DNA of 64,000 nt, taken from NCBI GenBank assembly GCA_051294905.1, contig CM119372.1:34660001-34724000 (forward strand), given 5' to 3'. A model generated the notes under the pieces. It saw only the letters and a program-made list of their open reading frames with translations. It did no database searches and was not told where the DNA came from. Each line of letters starts with the position of its first letter. Positions within the stretch are counted from its first letter, which is position 1. This document shows positions 59,286 through 64,000 of this stretch, piece after piece. The translations under genes and the position numbers were made by a program. Source of the stretch: Botryllus schlosseri. Taxonomy: Eukaryota.

Positions 59286-62279
59286 CCTGACAGGTTCAAA
59301 AGATATCTAGTGTTTGTACAGTGTGATATCTAGTGTTTATACAGTGTTTGTACAGTGTACAGTGTCTAGTGTTTGTACATGTTCTCCTGTACATTTACGA
59401 CCGAGACTGTAATTTTACCGCCACCTAGGATTACATATCAGCTTGTAAATTCACGCACATCCATCCATACCTATCGTAAAGCAACACGATTCAAAAATAT
59501 CGCAAAAGTTTCTTCACACTCCCAAATCGACATTGGAACAAACTGCATATTCATTCACTTCACAATGAAATGGTTACGGTATCGATGGAAAAGTATTGCT
59601 GCTGGTGGTCCAATTCTTCTTTACATCTTCAGGAGACATGCAGTAACACGAGTGGTATCAAGAAATGGTGAATTAATCCCACCACCGGCCAAACTTCCAA
59701 TTGTTTCTTTTTCTCGTCCTCATTCCTCCTGTGTAACTAGCATCTTGCAGTTCCACTAAAAAGAATTCATGCTTAAGTCGCCATATTAAGCAAAGTTGCT
59801 AACCTAGACATGACATTAAAAATACTAAGACAAATAGGACATTAAAAATACTAAGACAAATAGGCTAACAAAAATATAACATGTTCCGAAGTACCGGTAC
59901 TGGTACATTGTGTGATGACGGCTCCGCATTTTACATGATATAGCAGAGATTCATGACTTACTTAATATCTAATGTATTGAAACAAAAGCTTGTTCATTTG
60001 CGGTGGCATGTGTGCCAAACAAATCCAGCAGTGGATGAAAACATCTTTATACTATGGCCCGAAAATGACATTAAGAAGCCAACAGTTTCAACTCCTCCGC
60101 AGCGGAATATGTGGTGTCACAGGTCACTATATTAGTCGACTAATATCCCAAAATAGAACAGAGAATGTGGCGAATGAAATCTTTCAATCATGAAATCAAA
60201 GTCATCCCGGTGGTGTGCACAGTCGTAGATATTGACGGTAACAAATACTATGTAGTACTGTACCTTTTACGATGCGTATCCCAGTGAGCATTACTAGCAA
60301 TCTTCAACGATCGTGTCCACTTTCTTCAAGCAAAAGCTTCGCTACAGCCTTTGCTCAAATCTCAATAATGGCCAGACGACGATACTACACTCTAACGATT
60401 TCGAAAAGTAGTATTCATCCGCTGACATACCACCAATAATATTTACTGGTCACTGTGTTATAATGTTTGATTTAGGTCGTTTTTTTCATACAGAAACATT
60501 TATCATTGCATATATCCCTTTGTTTTCCATCTAATTGCGTATAAATTGATAGTTATTCCATGTCTTGTCACTACTTACCGTACTTACTTAACCAGACGCT
60601 GCTAGTGATGTCACAGATGTGCGTTGGTTGTTTACTACGAATCTCAGTAAAAGCAGTAACGCGTAACGCTAACCTGATGTCACCTAGGTCGCCTTGTCCG
60701 CCATTAACAAATGGTCAACTGAGCATGAGGTGCTGATATTTCTAGTTTCAACGAACAATATTCTATTCCCTAAACTGATTTCATAACTTATCACCCCTAT
60801 CCGTGACAACGAATGTAACCAGCGAGGCCGGCCGTATAGCCATAGCCTTCTACTATAATATAATGGCTATGGTCTAACCACATTAGCTATGATTGTCAGT
60901 TGTTTGTTGTACCCTACTATTCACTATATACTGATATTGGTACTAGGGCCAACAATTTCCGTATGACAGACCCCAGTTTCTCGAACGAGGTTGAATCAGG
61001 TCAAATCACCTCGAGAATGATATATCAGTAACATTCAATTCCACATATACATTGGCTGCAGCGATTTTGAAGCTAATCAATTTTGCCAATAGTCGGGTAA
61101 ACTGCATGAGTAACGAGCAACTGTCAGTAATTTTGCGAAGAAGAAATTCTGGTAACTTGACTTCACAGCTAAATTAAGGTAATATTACATATCAAAATGT
61201 AAAATTACAAGCTACGCACAGTTATTGGGTGTGACCGGGAATTTGTTGTAAAATTTACAGAGATTTCCCAGTAAATCTACCAAATTTTTTACAAAAGACA
61301 TTGCATTGTATTTTTCTTTCAATTACGATTATCATACGTTGAGTTCTGATTATAGTTTGAATTCTTTCGTCTGAAGAACATACATGTTGAAGTATAAAAG
61401 CAAGTGTATAGTAATGCCTTATATTTTCCGAAAATGAAGCTATTCACTATATGGCATTTTTACGATCTGGCATATTTGTAATTACCGTATACTAATTGCG
61501 CAAAGTGTTGAAACCGTATCCGTCACAACTTCTCCGTATTGCTCATCGACAGAACTAGGGGCCTTATAATATGTGGGACGGTGCCAGGCCATGATATTCT
61601 ATAAAAGCGGGTGTTCGAGTAAACAAAGGATTAGTATCGCATTTTCATATCAATATTTTCATTTACATTCCATGATGTGGACGACTGCTTATTCTGTCAA
61701 AAATTGACGCCTCCTGGGATGCATCAACATGAATCGTGCTATTTGCACCTTCCACATAGCTCCATTTGCAGCTTTTGACAGTCCATGCGAACGAATTACG
61801 ATCATTTCCAGAGCTACTTACTTACTTGAGTAGATTTAAAGTCAGTAAATTCTACTTCTACTTCAAGTAGTTTTAGGTTGCTTATGAAAGAAGTACTTCT
61901 ACTCGTACTTGAGTAGATTTTTTCGTCGCTACTGCTACTTCTACTTGAGTAGCTTTCTTGACTACTTTGACCACCTCTGATCCTTTACCACCGCCTGTGT
62001 GCGAAAAGTTCTAATGTGATAGCAAAAAGTCGTCAACTGAGTCAGCTAGCCTTTTAGAATTTCTATGCTTGTAAGAGGTTCTAAAAGAGAATCTACTTCC
62101 CCAACACCGAACTTCACCGCACGTGACTGATTAAATTGATAAAAAATGGCAACGGATTGATTTTTATGCACTTGATCTCTCATTGGACTACGGCACGCAT
62201 GCGCACCATAACGTTGCATGGGACTTCCCCAGCATCAAAGCGAACACGCTTTCGTCACGACGTCGGATCCCATGACCAT

Positions 62280-62993
62280 CAGAGATGAGCATGGATTAGG
62301 ATTAGGTTTTGAAAAAACAGGATTTGTGAAATTTTGTCGGATTTGGATTGGATTTGGATTAGACATTTTTTTCAGAACGGATTAGGATTTGGATTGGATT
62401 GACCTATTTTCTGGGAGATCGAAATGTCGTGTGGCGAATGGCGACAAACTTTATTCAGATCAGTTATTAGGTCCGTGGACATATGAGCATGCGACATTAC
62501 AGCATGCGAGACTTCGGCATGCGACACTTTGGCATGCGACACATGAGCATGTGGGTTAAATTACGGGTTAGGGTTAGGTTAGGGTTGGATTTAGGGTTGG
62601 GTTAGGGTTAGGCTTTAGGTTAGGTTAGGCTATGTTTCGGGTTGGGGTAAGTTTTGGGGTTATACAGTCACATGCTGAAGTGACGCATGCTGATGTGTTC
62701 CATGCTGAACTGTCGTTTTCCATTGTGTCGCATGCTCATATGTCGGGCAACCCAGTTATTAATGTACTTATGGCTACTAAGTTATCTTGAATCAAGTGAA
62801 TCGTTGGTTGTGAAAGGAAATCTTCGAATCCCTCCATTGCATAAATTAGTATTTTTTTCTGAATTTCCAGTTGGAATCGGATTAGGATTGGACATGGACT
62901 TGAATATGTAAAAGTTATGGATTAGGATTTGGATTTGAAGGTTCGGATTTGGATTGGATTAGGACATAGAAATTTCAAATCCGCTCATCTCTG
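62280..62993. mobile_element. hAT-type MITE with (GGATT)n repeats
   Basis: TIR CAGAGATGAGC / GCTCATCTCTG. Perfect 8-bp TSD ATGACCAT. Confidence 0.9.
62470..62752. mobile_element. Mutator-like MITE with an internal TTAGG(G) tract, nested in the GGATT MITE
   Basis: GG...CC ends, inverted GACATATGAGCATGCGACA repeats, perfect 9-bp TSD CAGTTATTA at 62461-62469 and 62753-62761. Confidence 0.8.
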
Positions 62994-64000
62994 ATGACCA
63001 TGCGGTTAAGTTTTAGCGCGACATGACTTATCGAGAGTGGCAATGATGCAGGCGGGTATATTGTTTAGTGACTTCCAGTATAGTTCACGGCTGCAGGATT
63101 TCTATTAGTAGGATATATCGAGTGAATCAGTTATCATAGGAAATGTATGCAATGCATATTATAATCAATACCGTCTTTATGCTATAACTTCTATTATCAA
63201 TAGGCTAGCTTGTAGGTGTTCATGGGAAAGAATAGCCGTAAATCTGAGAACCAATCTTTTGCACCCGATCAAAGGGATAAATAGGTTGTAGCACCCCATC
63301 GCTTGATCAGTAATGACTAGCTTATATATAGCTTATATACTGACTTATATATAAGAGCAGTGTTATTATATCGGCTGATTGTCTCGAAAGCTCACAATGA
63401 ACTATACGCCAGTCCTCTTCAGCCGCGGTCGCTATGTTTTACTCAAATTTACTCAAAATTGCATATCTCAATCCACATAATACATTGAATGCGTACTGTG
63501 TAGTAATTCTAAACGAGATAAGGCTGCAAGGTTTAATACTAGTTAATGCTAAAACCTAACCACGCTCGATATTCCCTGACCGCGACCTCACTAAATGGTT
63601 ATCGAGCGAAGTCTGTGAAGCATTTTCCGGAAAGCCTTTCTGCGAAACGATTGAAAATCAAATTTGTGATAATATAAACCAGGGACGGGCAACATACGGC
63701 CCGCGACGGGATTTTGTCCGGTCCGCGGACAGTTTCCCGTCTTGCATGATAATGTGACCCGCGGCCCCAGTCTGCCGAGATTCCCCACTACTTGCTTAAA
63801 CGTCAAATTGTAGTGACTCTTTGTTATTATATACGTGTGTGCGCAGCGTGCGAAAGTAGAGGTTACGCGTAAGTTCGTTGAACCGAGAAGACTTGCATTA
63901 TCGGCATTTACCATGTACTCAACCCAATGAATTGATATATTGGTCAATTTGCGGTACCGGGCTTATCGAACGCCTTGAAATCTTAATTAAGGATTGCACC

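Larger units (their letters stand above)
51318..61979. mobile_element. hAT-type (CTACTT)n MITE whose ends are ~10.7 kb apart because of nested material
   Basis: TIR CAGAGGTGGTCA / TGACCACCTCTG, TSD gtccttta/atccttta (7/8), CTACTT/AAGTAG repeats next to both ends. Confidence 0.7.

Noticed and set aside
62565..62660. True telomere or chromosome fusion site
   Set aside because: The tract is short, degenerate and enclosed in a TSD-flanked MITE.

Overview
AT-rich, repeat-dense eukaryotic DNA, probably from an invertebrate animal (inferred from the transposon complement). No complete long ORF, rRNA, tRNA or CRISPR array is visible. The main feature is two related giant fold-back elements. Element 1 (10781-24139, 13.4 kb) has two ~6.2-kb near-perfect inverted arms around a 907-bp spacer. 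Element 2 (34982-45893, 10.9 kb) has ~4.5/4.3-kb arms around a ~2.05-kb spacer. Both start 5'-AGTAGT, end ACTACT-3', and are flanked by perfect 6-bp target-site duplications (TACGCC, CACATT). That is the Polinton/Maverick signature, but neither element has a polymerase-, integrase- or capsid-length ORF. They look like non-autonomous, possibly copy-back or deletion-derived Polinton-like palindromes. The rest of the window is nested hAT-type MITEs with 8-bp TSDs, a decayed pogo/Fot1-like transposon, LINE 3' remnants, a MULE-like MITE, tandem repeats, and a possible first exon of a secreted host protein at 9032-9216. All alignments and counts were made by eye.
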